Shown here: positions 24,861 through 36,831 of the stretch, one piece after another | Position numbering within the stretch: the stretch's first letter is position 1 | Layout: each line of letters begins with the position of its first letter | DNA from: Malacoraja senta | Lineage: Eukaryota | DNA: 64,000 bases | NCBI GenBank assembly: GCA_038087875.1 | Contig: JAXLNO010003819.1 | Span: 62,001 to 126,000, forward strand | Direction: 5' to 3' | Program-made: the position numbers and the translations under genes | The notes under the pieces: model-generated | Databases searched by the model: none | What the model saw: only the letters and a program-made list of their open reading frames with translations | What the model was told of the DNA's origin: nothing

Positions 24861-25399
24861 GATGCTGGCAACATCATCGCAAGTTTTCTGTGCACCATTT
24901 CCTGCTGGACACCATCTTTCATATGACAAGTGCGCAAAACGGAACGCAATACTATAAAGGTTGCCTCGCGTGCTAACTTGCATCTATCTCGCATCGCATC
25001 CGCTCCTTGCGGTTCGATGTGGAAATGGGGGTCATTTCTAACTCGGAATTAAATTGAAACAGAAAGTACATTTCGCCAGGCAATCAACGTAACCTATAAA
25101 TCCCGCATTGACCCGCTCCTCACAGTTCCTTTACATTATGATACCTTCGTGTTCCTAACAAAAGCCGAGCCGAGTTTCCCCTTTTACAGCGATGAGGGCG
25201 TTTCCTTCCCCACATGCCTAACCTGAATGAACGCTAACCGAGTCGCAACTGGGGAGGAAGCTTGGGTAGGGGGAAGTCAGTCGCTTCCCGCCCATCGTTA
25301 CCTCTGCGCCACCAGCAGCAACCGTAGAGGCGAGAACATCCGAAAGCCGCACAGCACCAGGTCGATGAGGGAAGTTCACAAAGAGTTTTCACAGGGAAA

Positions 25400-26331
25400 A
25401 TGCGCGTATTTGCCATTTGGATTGCGTGGGGAGCATGCCTGATAGGTAACATCGCAACAGTTAATCCGGCTACTTGCTCAGACGAAAGGTCGACCATCAT
25501 TGTGAATGTGAACCGGTCTAATCTTTCCCTACATGTAAATGGAAAGCCGGATACTATCTAATCGCCATCCATATGCAATGGAGAAAATGAATTGATATAG
25601 GTAATGTTTCGTGTCGAGACCCTTCTTCAGGTCACGTATTCCTTTTGTCAAGAGAGGCTGGCTGATACGCTGAGTGACTACAACTTCTTGTGTCTAACTT
25701 CGGTTTAAGTCAACATCTGCAGTTCCTTCCTACCTCTCATCCGCGGCAATGTTCGATTCACCTCGATATGCAAGGGAACTATGCGATGCATATCTACCCT
25801 AGTGTCGACATTGGCCTTTGTCTTTGGAACTGATTCGCTACAATAATAATAACTTTATTCTGCACTCTCTATCTTCCCTTCATCTATCTATTGAGCGTGC
25901 ATTTGATTTGATTGTATTTAGGTATATTATCAGTTGATCTGTTTGGGTGACATGTAATACAGAGGTCTTCCGCATATTTCGGTGCACGCATGACAAACCT
26001 AAACTTTATCCATATATTTTTCAGATCCCAATCATGGAGATACCGTCACACAATCGCTGCCGTCAGCACAGAATGTACAAGGAGAGTCGATGACTTTCAG
26101 CTGCACCTATGACACTGCAGAAACGTACTACGACTTACTTTGGTACCGGCATCATCAGGACTCAAGGCCCGTGTTCCTACTGTGGAAATATTCAAGAGGA
26201 AGCGAGAAGAAAGCCGATTTTGCAGGGGATCGCTTCTCTGCCCTGCTCCAGAAAAATAGAAAATTAGTCAGTTTAACACTTTCGGGGCTGGAGCTGAGCG
26301 ACTCTGCAGTTTATTACTGCGCCTTTAGCCG
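25400..26331 (+). CDS. TRAV: TCR alpha/delta V segment V8 (family B), intact
   Basis: Leader 25400-25445 (MRVFAIWIAWGACLI-G|gtaac), intron 25446-26024, V exon 26025-26331 open with C, W and YYC. Confidence 0.93.
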
Positions 26332-26370
26332 CACAGTGATGGAAACCAGTGAAACCTTCCTACAAAAACA
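26332..26370 (+). other. 23-RSS of V8
   Basis: CACAGTG + 23 nt + ACAAAAACA. Confidence 0.93.
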
Positions 26371-28473
26371 TCAGTTTCTGCTTTGCCTGCTGCAGCGAGA
26401 TACGTCTGCACCGCGCTTGGTGGTTGTGGTATCCCGCCGCCTGAGAATTCTTCACAACTCACTCAGTTTTTTTCTCGAGGGTGGCTTGCGGTATCATCGG
26501 CGGCTGAAACCCACCGACTCCCTTTCTGTGCTCTGTGCTGACGGCGGCATCTGTGTGAACAGAATCGCCATGTCTGGTGTCTGGAAAACACATGGATTGG
26601 GTTTAGATTTATAATGGTCAGAGATACAGTGATGAACTATGCTTCCCATGCTGGCCAGCAGATCAGACAACGGTCCATAAATACAACGCATTCAAACCGA
26701 AGTGCAATAGATAGAGCAAAGGGAAAGATACAGAGTGCAGAATAAAGTTCTCCACATTGTAGCGCATCAATTCCAGAATCAAATCCCAATGTCCGCAATG
26801 CGGTAGATGTGCACCGGCCTGTACTCCACTTTATGAAGTTAAATCCTGTAGTACCCTGCCGAAGATAGACACAAAATGCAGGTGGGACAGGAGGCATATC
26901 CGGAGTGAAGATGGGTGACGTTTCGGGTCGAGACTGAGATTCAGGGGAGAGGGAGACTACCGATATGGAACGGTAAGGTGTGAAAAAGATAGATTAAAAC
27001 GGACCCTGGTCCAAGAAATGTCTAATATCATTGTTAGCTGGGGGAGAAGGCAACAACGTGGCATTCAAACAGAGACATTAGTGAGATTATGAATAATAAC
27101 GAAATTGAAAATGTATCGCTTATAAGCGACGACGATCAACATCATCTTCTTCATCTGTGTGTTCCCTACAGCAGTACATCGATTCAGCAGGATCTCGGAG
27201 AAGACCCACGAGGTCACGGCGAGAACCTACAAACTCCGTACACAGCACACGTAGACGGGATCGATGCCGTGTCTCCGGCGCTGCAAGTGCTGTAAGGCAG
27301 CAACTCTACTGCTGCGCCACCGTGGCCGCCCGGAATTTAATTTGATTGGGTTGGAAAGGTGGGCAGAATAAATAATCCTCGCGAATGCTTTGCGGTTTGG
27401 GAGCACACCGTGAATGTTGGTACATGACCGCAACACATTTTCGCTGAGAATAATAAAGATAGGCACCAAGTGAATAAAAGGTTTCCACACGCTAAAAAAA
27501 ACATTTCAAATAAAAAAATGGCCTTCTCCTCCTTGAATAAACTGTGATCTGGTAAATGTTTGGTGAAGCGAGGCGTGGATCTCATCATTGAAACTGGAGA
27601 TGAAGAACCAATGAAATAATTTGCAGCAATTTGAAGCGTGACATATCGTTGTTAAAGTAGAGGAGCGTCTTGGCGTTCAAAACTTCATCTCAATCTAGGA
27701 TTCAATGCCTTTCTCTTAACGTCTCTTCTGTGCCATTTTACAAAGCCCTTGCCCACATGGCGCCCCTACTCGTGCCTTTGGCCTTATCTCCTTTCAGCCC
27801 CTGACAAAGCTAGAAGTATTATAATATTGTTATCAGTGGCATTAGTTTTATGTATGTTGTAAGATAATTAATTGAATTAATACAGAAATTCTTGTCACTG
27901 TTATTTTGAAGAGCGCGCGCCGGTGCGGAAATCTTTGGCGACTTTATCATTCTCTTAGAACATTATTGTTACCGATATTCAACCTGACGTGGTTCATCCC
28001 AAGCTCTGCCGCAACGATTACTGTATTCAGATAAAATATACCGTACGTCCAACAGTAGCAGTGCTCCTCAAGTTCGACTCTGCAGATCTGTGATTAGTCG
28101 GAGTATTTGGCAAATAAGCTTGCAGTGTAGTTACCCGATTGACCAACTAACCGGGATACACGCCTGTGTACACTGCGATGATGATCCATTCCCTCTATAA
28201 CAATAAAATAGCTGGTTATTCTGCCGATCACTTATTTTCGCAGCTGAGTTCAAGCAGATCAATAACAATCGAACATTTTTAGACACGCCGACATTTTCCA
28301 GAAAGATATCCAATTTAACGAAGACATTTTTATGTAGCAACGTGTCTTTATTTGAAATAAAGATAATTTCCATCTTGCTTGTTTTGCTTTCTTATGCAGG
28401 AAATAGGATTGTGCTAAGCGGTTATTCCGTGTATCTTACCCTTTCTACCAGAACAGCCTTCCAGTCCATTCTT

Positions 28474-30690
28474 TAAAAAAAAATTCATAATGAAAATGAA
28501 AAAGAGAGAATAGATTATAAAAGATAGAAAAACGTGTGATATATAGTGTGTGAGAAAGAAAAAGGGTGAAAGAAGAAAAGTGAAGAAAAGAAGATAGAAA
28601 GAAAAATAGTAGAAAGTAAAAGATTAAGGAGATCGTTATTTATAATCTTGACCATCCATCACCCAGTCCTGGAACAGTTAGCTTCTACAATTGTGTTGCA
28701 TCATATGCTTCCAAAAATACCACAAATGGAGACCAACTCGTTAAGAATTGGTCTGATTGATCTATTAGGAGGATTCGCATTTCCACAAGATGTGCGGTGT
28801 CCAACATGCTTGAAATCCACATTTTAAGCGTTGGTATTAGTGTATTTTTCCAAAATTTAAGTATTCGTTTTTTTGCCATTATTAAACCATAATTAAAAAA
28901 TAAATTTTGAGATGAGTTCAATTTATTCCCATCTTCCATTGCTCCAAATATAATCATTTCAGTATTAGGTTCCATTTTTATCTTGATTAATTTTGTAAAT
29001 ATTTCAAAAATATCACTCCAAAATTTATTAAGTTTTATGGTGGAAAATAAGAGTGTGGCATAGTTGCGTTTTGGGGTAATCATTTATCACAAATGGGGGA
29101 CATATTTGGATAGAATTTATTCAATCTAGTTTTTGAATACTATAATCTATGTAACATTTTAAATTGAATTAAATTATGTTTTACAAATCGAACACTTTTC
29201 CCATGTTTCCTTCGCAATTTTTATCATTAATTCTCGTTCCCACTCTTCTCTAAGTACCTCTGTCGATGGTAGGTCTATATTTAAAGTACTATTATATATT
29301 CAATTCAATTCAATTCAATTCAATTCAACTTTAATGTCATTGCACAAATACTGGGTATGGGTACAACGAAATGCAGTTTTGCGTCAGTCCGTAGTAGTAG
29401 TGCAATATAGAAATTTAAAAAAAGAGGATACAGAATAATCAAAAATACAGAATAATTAACAATGGGGACGGAGGGACCGGAGGAATCTATCGGCGGGACT
29501 CCGAGTTCAGCAATGCGACGGTATAATTGAAGAAGCTGTTCCTCATCCCACTGGTACGAGACCTGAGGCTCCTGTACCGCCTCCCTGATGGGAGGAGGGC
29601 AAACAGTCCATGGTTGGGGTGGGAGGGGTCTTTAATGATCTTCCCAGCCCGTTTCAGACACCGTTTTCGGTGGAGGGCATCCATGGCAGGGAGCGGGGCA
29701 CCGATGATGTGCTGCGCGGTTTTCACCACCCGTTGTAGTGCCTTCCTGTCCGCAACAGTGCAGCTGCTGTACCATACCGTGAAGCAGGTGGTCAGGATGC
29801 TCTCGATGGTACACCGGTAGACGTTGGTCAGGATCTGGGGGGACAGGTGGGCTTTCTTGAGCCTCCTCAGGAAGTAAAGGCGCTGCTGTGCCTTTTTGAT
29901 CAGCTTGGAGGTGTTGAGGGACCAGGACAAATCCTCCGAGATGTGTACCCCGAGGAATTTGTATAAATATGATATTAATTTCTGTGAGTCAGCCTTAATA
30001 TTCATTGCTTCTTCCAGTGGATCAAAAGTTATGTTTTGATATCATTGTATGTATTTCTTCATGAAGTCGCAAATCTGATATTTAAAATATTGGTTATTTT
30101 TCAGTTAAAATTTTAATTGTAATTGTTGGAATGATAACAGGTTTCCCATTTCATACATATCAGCGATCCTTTTAATTTCCAATCTTTCCTGTTGGTTATA
30201 TGTTTTATCAATAAGAGATGGTTTAAATGAAGGATTATTCACTATTGGCATTAACAATGATAGATTTCTCATTTTTAAAGATAATTTCATTTGTTTCCAA
30301 ATTCTTATTGTATCATGTATAATTGGGTTATTCTTATATATTGTGTTGTTCAGTTTTATCGGGGAGAAGAGGATCGCTCCTATGTTCCAAGGAGAACAAT
30401 CCTCTTTCTCCATTCTTATCCATTCTGTCTGTTGGGTAGAACTGTCCAACCAATAAATTATATTCTTAATATGCACTGCCCAATAGTAATACAAAAAGTT
30501 TGGATTTTAAAGTCTTAGATTTTAAATTACCCCTCTGTTTTACTGATTGGTCTAAGTATGGATCTAAAACAGAATTGAAGTCCACCCCTATTATTACATT
30601 TTGGTAATTAAACTCTGATATTATATCTATAATTTTATATAAAAATTGGGGGTTGTCAAAGTTCGGAGCGTAAATATTTATCATAGCACA
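28474..30690 (-). mobile_element. L1-clade LINE remnant, internally deleted and 5'-truncated
   Basis: ORF2 C-terminal pieces (28685..29083, 30105..30494) join directly to an endonuclease piece (INIYAPNFDNP). Inserted after ttccagtccattctt, the same site as the 43146 copy. Confidence 0.85.
29299..29961 (-). mobile_element. 5'-truncated Rex1/Babar-like LINE nested in the L1
   Basis: ORF 29487..30005 contains KFLGVHISEDLSW..KKAQQRLYFLRRLKK..SGRRYRS. (TTCAA)n tail at 29299; TATA on both flanks. Confidence 0.82.
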
Positions 30691-31828
30691 AAGATGGCGG
30701 TAGAGAGGGCTCCCTGCTGCAATTAAGAAGTGTAAATATGAGTTTTTGCAAACACATCGAGGAGGCACGCAGGATCACGTGATGTGTTGTAGGTTACACA
30801 GACTCACTTCGTCATCGTTTCCGCTCATCGAGCCCTTTACTTTTGCCTACCACGGATGGATTCGGGGGCCGGTGTTGTTGCATGGTTGATACCAACTCAG
30901 AAAATGTGAGCCGCGCCAGGCTTCCGCGGTGCTAACAATGAGCAAGTGTGGAATCGCTCTCCACTTGTCGGCGGCTGCGATGACATTGGCAATAAAGCAC
31001 TCGATGTACTGCGCTCAGCTGCAATGAGCAACATTGCATTCCCCAATCAAGCCTAATATCGCCAATGTAGGGAGCACACAGATGAAGAAGATTATGTTTA
31101 TCCTCGTCGCCAATAAGCGATACATTTTCAATCTCGGTATCATTCATCATCGCACTAACGTTTCTGTTTGCATGCCACGTTGTTATCTTCCCTCCAGCTA
31201 ACAATGCTATTCGACATTTCATGGATCACCGTCCGCTTTGTTCTATCGTTTTCACACCTTAATCTTCCATATCTCTAGTCTCCCTCTCCCCTGACTCTCA
31301 GTCACGACCCCAAACGTCACCCATCTTCTCTCCGGATATGTCTCTTGTCCCGCTGTTACACCAGCATTTTGGGTCTATCTTCGGCAGGGTACTGCAAGAT
31401 TTAACTTCCTAAAGTAGAGTACAGGCCAGTGGACATCTACCGCATTGTGGACATTGGGATTAGATTCTGGAATTGATGCGCTACAATGTGGAGAACCTTA
31501 TCCTACACTCTGTATCTTTCCCTTTGCACTATCTATTGCACTTCGGTTTGAATGGGTTCTATTTATGGACCGTTATCTGATCTGCTGGCCAGCATGGGAA
31601 GCATAGTTTATCACAGTATCTCTGACCATTATAAATTCTGTTCACACAGATGCCGCCCTCAGCACAGAGCACAGAAAGGTAATCGGTGGGTTTCAGCTGC
31701 GCCGATGATACCGCAAGCCGCCCTCGAGCGAAACTGAGTGAGTTGGGAAGAATTCTCAGGCGGCGGGAAACCACAACCACCAAGCGCGGTGCAGAGTATC
31801 TCGCTGCAGCAGGCAAAGCAGAAGCTGA

Positions 31829-31867
31829 TGTTTTTGTAGGAAGGTTTCACTGGTTTCCATCACTGTG
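31829..31867 (-). other. 23-RSS of V9
   Basis: CACAGTG + 23 nt + ACAAAAACA. Confidence 0.93.
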
Positions 31868-32800
31868 CGGCGAAAGGCGCAGTAATAAACTGTAGAGTCG
31901 CTCAGCTTCAGCCCCGATAGGGTTAATGGGAATGATTTTCTATCGGTCTGGAGCTGAGCAGAGAAGCGAGCGCCTGCAAAATCGGCTTTCTTCTCGGTTC
32001 CATCTGAATATTTATTCAGTATGAACTCGGGCCTTGAGTCCTGATGATGCCGGTACCAAAATAAGAAGTAGCGCGTTTCTGCGGTCTCATAGGTGCAGCT
32101 GAAACTCACGGACTGTCCTTCTACCTTCTGTGCGGACGGCAGCGATTGTGTGACGGTATCTCCATAATTGGGATCTGAAAAAATATATGGATTATGTTTA
32201 GGTTTGTCATGCGTGCACCCAAATACGCGGCAGACCTTTGTATTACATGCTACCCAAACAGCTCAACTGATAATATACTTAAATACAATCAAATTAAACG
32301 CACGTTCAATAGATAGATAAAGGGAAGATAGCGGGTGCAGAATAAAGTTATTATTATTGTAGCGAATCAGTTCCAGAGACAAAGGCCAATGTCGACACTG
32401 GGGTAGATATGCATTGCATGGGTGCCTTGCATATTGGGGTGAATCGTGCATTGCCGCGGCTGAGAGGTAGTAAGGAACTGCAGATGCTGACTTAAATCGA
32501 AGTTAGACACAAAAAGCTGGAGTAACTCAGCAAGCCAGCCTGCCTCTCTTGACATAAGGAATAGGTGACCTGAAGAAGGTTCTCGACCCGAAACATTACC
32601 TATACCAATTCATTATCTCCATGGCACGTGGATGGCGATTAGATAATACATGGCTTTCCATTTACATATAGGGAAAGATTAGACCGGTTCGCATTCACAA
32701 TAATGGTCGACGTTCCGTCCGAGTAAGTAGCCGGATTAACTGCTGCGATTTTACCTATCAGGCATGCTCCCCACACAATCCAAATGGCAAATACGCGCAT
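31868..32800 (-). CDS. TRAV: TCR alpha/delta V segment V9 (family B), intact
   Basis: Leader 32800-32755, intron 32754-32175, V exon 32174-31868 (FSCTYETAETRYFLFWYRH..DSTVYYCAFRR). Confidence 0.93.
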
Positions 32801-33359
32801 TTTCCCTGTGAAAACCCCTTTGTGAAATTCCCTCCTCGACCTGGTGCTATGCGGCTTTCGGATGTCCTCGCCTTTCCTGCTGGTGCTGGTGGTGCAGTGG
32901 TGACGCTGGGCAGGAAGTGACTGACTTCCGCCTACCCCAGCTTCCTCCACAGTTGGGACTCGGTTAGTATTCTTTCAGGTTAAGCATGTAGTGACTGGGT
33001 GGGGAAGGAAACGTCCTCATCGCTGTAACAGGGGATACTCGGCGCGGCGTTATGAGGAACTCTTAGGTATCATAATGTAAAGGAACTGTGAGGAGCGGGT
33101 CAATGCGGTATTTATAGGTTACTTTGATTGCTGGCGAAATGTACTTTCTGTTTACATTTAATTCCGAGTTCGAAATTATCCCCATTCCCACATCGAGCCG
33201 CATGGAACAGGTTTGATGCGAGATGGATGCAAGTTAGGATGCGAGGCCACCTTCAGAGTATTGCGTACCGTTTTGGGCACATATCATATGAAACATGTTG
33301 TCAAGCAGGAAAGGGTGCAGAGAATACTTGGGATAATATTGCCAGCACCCAAGGGTCCT

Positions 33360-33675
33360 AGTTTTGTTTAGTGTAGTTCAGAGATAGAGCGCGAAAACGG
33401 GCCCTTCGGCCAATGGCGTCCGCACCTACCAGCGATTCCCGCACATCAACATTACCCATCACATACTAGGGACACTTTTACATTGATAACAAGCCAATTA
33501 ACCTACAGACATGGACGCATTTAGAGTGTGTGATGAAACCCAAGTTCTCGGAGAAAACCCACGCAAGTCGCGGGGAGAGCGTACAAACTGTGTACTGACA
33601 AGCACCCGTACTCATGATATCCGTGTCTCTGGCACAGTAAGGAAATAGCTATACCGCTACGCCACAGTGCCGCCG
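33360..33675 (-). mobile_element. tRNA-headed SINE (paralog of the 16714 copy)
   Basis: Collinear with 16714-17030. Confidence 0.65.
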
Positions 33676-34557
33676 TGCCACTGAACTCTGTGGAGAGAAT
33701 GAGTTGGCTAGGACTATTCCATGATGCGCAGGGGGATGACGGGTGTAAAAAAATCATGCGACGAATAGATCGGTTAAACGCACTGAGTCACTTGCCCCGT
33801 GCAGGGGAATAGAGAACCAGGTTTAAGGTGTGTTGTGCGGATTTCACAAGAACCAGAGGGGTAAACTTTTTACACAAACGGCGTTGGGGCAGGTGCTAGC
33901 GCAACAGACAGGTACATGCAAAGAATGGACATGGAGGAATATTCCTGTTGGGATTAGTGTAGATGGGACATATTGATCGATGTTGGCAGGTTGGACCGAA
34001 ATGCCCGTTCCCACGATGTATGACTTTCTGAGTCCGACTTGGAGAAATCCCCCCTACCATCCCCCTGTTTCCCCTTCCCCTTCCCCGCTTAGGTACTCTC
34101 CCATTCTCTCACCATCTTGTACCCGAATTCCCTTTGTCCATTAAAATAATGTTTTATTTTACTGTTTCTCCTCATACGTGACAGTAATAAACCAAACTAA
34201 ACTAAACTTGACTTCACGGAACTGAACTGAATTGAACTAAACTGAACGGAACTGAACTGAACTAAACTAAACTTAATGAAATTCACAGACATGATTTAGG
34301 AACCGTTCCATGTACAATCCCTTTCAGGTATATACGTGTCGTAACGTTAGCTCATCATTTAACACCGAGCTCCTTGGGTAACACTATTTTGCTTTTATTG
34401 CTTCAGATTTTCCCTTATAAGTGCAGTGACTCCAGCGCAGCTGTTCCGTCAACAGATAGAACCCACCTCGCTCACCGCTATTGGAGAGCCAACAGACAAC
34501 GAGGGAGCGCTCTGTTTGCCGACGGCATATCAGCAACTTAGCTGATGGACACCGACC

Positions 34558-35301
34558 ATGTGGTTCCTCATTATCTGGATGGCGTGGGGAACTTTTTTGA
34601 TAAGTAACAGTGACACACATGCATTTCTTTTCTCTTTTACTTGTGAAACAGGGTATGAATCTCAGACTTTTTTTTATTTTATTTTTAATTTTATTAGAAG
34701 TAAGTACAATTGTATACAATCATATTTTCATAATACCTTTCATGTACAGCTTCTTATTTAAATTTTTTTTTTGAAATAAAGAAGAAAAAGAAAAAAGTTA
34801 GATAATGAAAAATAGAAAAATGTGAGATATATAGTGTGTGAAAAAGAAAAATAAAGAATGAAATAAGAAAGTTGAGACATAGAAAATAGAAGAGAGAGAA
34901 TAAAAGAAAAGATGAGAAGAAAAGAAAATAGAAGGATCTCAGACTTTAAATCTCGCAGGTCTCATCATTTTTTTCCGTTTGGAGTTATTTTTTACAGATC
35001 ATGGCGGTGCAGATTCTGTCACTCAGTCGCCGCCATTAGCAGTGAAGACAGAAGGAGAAGCAGTGACGTATGAATGCACATACAAAACCCGGGGTGCCTA
35101 CAGTATATACTGGTATCGACAGATGCCGTGCTCAGAGTCCGAGTACACTTTACGGAAAGACAGCGATGGCTATGAACGGAAAGCGGAGTTTGCTGTGGGT
35201 CGTTTCTCTGTCGAACTCCACACCGGGAGTAAATTCATCAGTTGGACCATATCATATCTGGAGCTGAGCAACTCTGCAGTTTATTAATGCACGTTGAGCC
35301 G
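34558..35301 (+). pseudogene. TRAV: TCR alpha/delta V pseudogene V10 (paralog of V7)
   Basis: Leader 34558-34603, V exon 34998-35301, same TAA at 35285-35287 (Y*C). Confidence 0.92.
34671..34935 (-). mobile_element. 265-bp L1 3'-UTR fragment in the V10 leader intron
   Basis: Nearly identical to 10970-11250. TSD ATCTCAGACTTT at 34659-34670 and 34936-34947; TTT/AA target site. Confidence 0.86.
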
Positions 35302-35339
35302 CACAGTGATGGGAATCAGTATACACGCGTAGAGAAACA
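35302..35339 (+). other. RSS of V10 (22-nt spacer, mutated nonamer)
   Basis: CACAGTG + 22 nt + AGAGAAACA. Confidence 0.83.
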
Positions 35340-36539
35340 CCAGGCGCCTCGTGGCTCTGGTTGGAATCCAATGCAAATCTCACACGGGTTCCTGTTTGCG
35401 GTTTCCTGTCATTCTGAGAATTGTTTCCAAAGTCGTATTTGGTACGATTTGCGCAGGTGCGCCGGTGGCTTGCTTCCTATTCGCTGAGATCTGGCAACAC
35501 TGTATCTCTTCCTTCCGTTAGTGGTCCCTGTTCTTTTCTATTCTTTGTTCCGTCTCTCACTCTCTTTACAACAGCTTCGAAATGAAAGTCTCGGGCTGCT
35601 AAGCAGGGTTGTCCACTGCTCCGACAGCGCCAGAGACACGGGTGTGAACCTGATCTCGCCGTTGTCGGTGTGTAGTTTTCACGTTCTCCTGTTCGTTCAA
35701 ATAGATCGTAATATATCGGATAGTTGCAGAATATCTTACTCGGAATAGGGGAAGCAAGAACTGGAGGACATGGGTATAAGGTGGAGGGTGGCGGGGTGTG
35801 TGTGTGGCGGGGGTGGGGGGGTTAATAGGGACCTGAGGGGTAAATTTTTCGACACATATGTGGCGGTGTATGGAAGGAGCTGCCGGAGGAGGCAGTTAAG
35901 GCAGGGACTATCGCAACGTTGAAGAAACATTTAGACATGGACATGGATTGGACAGGTTTAGAGGGACATGGGCAACACGCAGGCAGGCGGGTGTACTTAA
36001 ATGCTGGAGTAACTCAGCGGGACAGGCAGCATTTCTGGAGAGAAGGAATGGGTGACGTTTCGGGTCGAGACCCTTCTTCAGACGTCTTCAGATGGGGCAT
36101 GTTGTTCGTCGTGGGCAACTTCGGCCGTAGGACCTGTTTCCACGCTGTATGACTATATGACTATAATTAATTTATTCTTCAATCCCCGACACCATTAATT
36201 GATTGGTGTTGAGATGCAACATGGAAACAGGCCCTTCAGTCAACAGAGTGCACGTCGACCATCACTCACCCGTTCACATTATTTCTTACTTTCGCATCTG
36301 CTTCCTACGCATGAAGGCAAATTGATCTACAATCTAGCAAGACATTCGAGATATGGGGGGAAACCGGGGGAAACATAAGCGGTCGCATGGATAACCTGCA
36401 GACTCCACACAGCCAGCACCTCATGTGAAAAAAACCGGAACGCTTCACCACTGTGCCATGGAGGAGGGTTGAGGCGTAATAGAGAAATGGGGCATCAACG
36501 TTTGGAATACAATTTAGTTCATTCGAAAAATAAATTTAA

Positions 36540-36831
36540 TTTAATTTAGTTTAATGATACAACGCAGAAACAGGTCCCTCAGCCCACCGAAACCGCACTG
36601 ACCAGCGACCCCCCACACATTAACATTATCCTACACACTAGGGGGAAATTACACTTACACCAAGGCAATTAACCTACATGCCTGTACGCCACTGATCTCG
36701 GAGAAAACCGACGAGGTCATGGCGAGAACGTACAAACTCCGTACGGACAACACCCGTAGTCGGGATCGATCCCGTGATTCCGGCGCTGCAAGTGCTATAA
36801 GGCAGCAACTCTACTGCTGCGCCACCGTGGC
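36540..36831 (-). mobile_element. tRNA-headed SINE (paralog of the 20815 copy)
   Basis: Head CACGGTGGCGCAG at 36829-36817. Confidence 0.7.

Noticed and set aside
33663-33669. Perfect CACAGTG heptamer in a SINE head
   Set aside because: A point mutation of the SINE sequence; no nonamer at either spacing on either strand.
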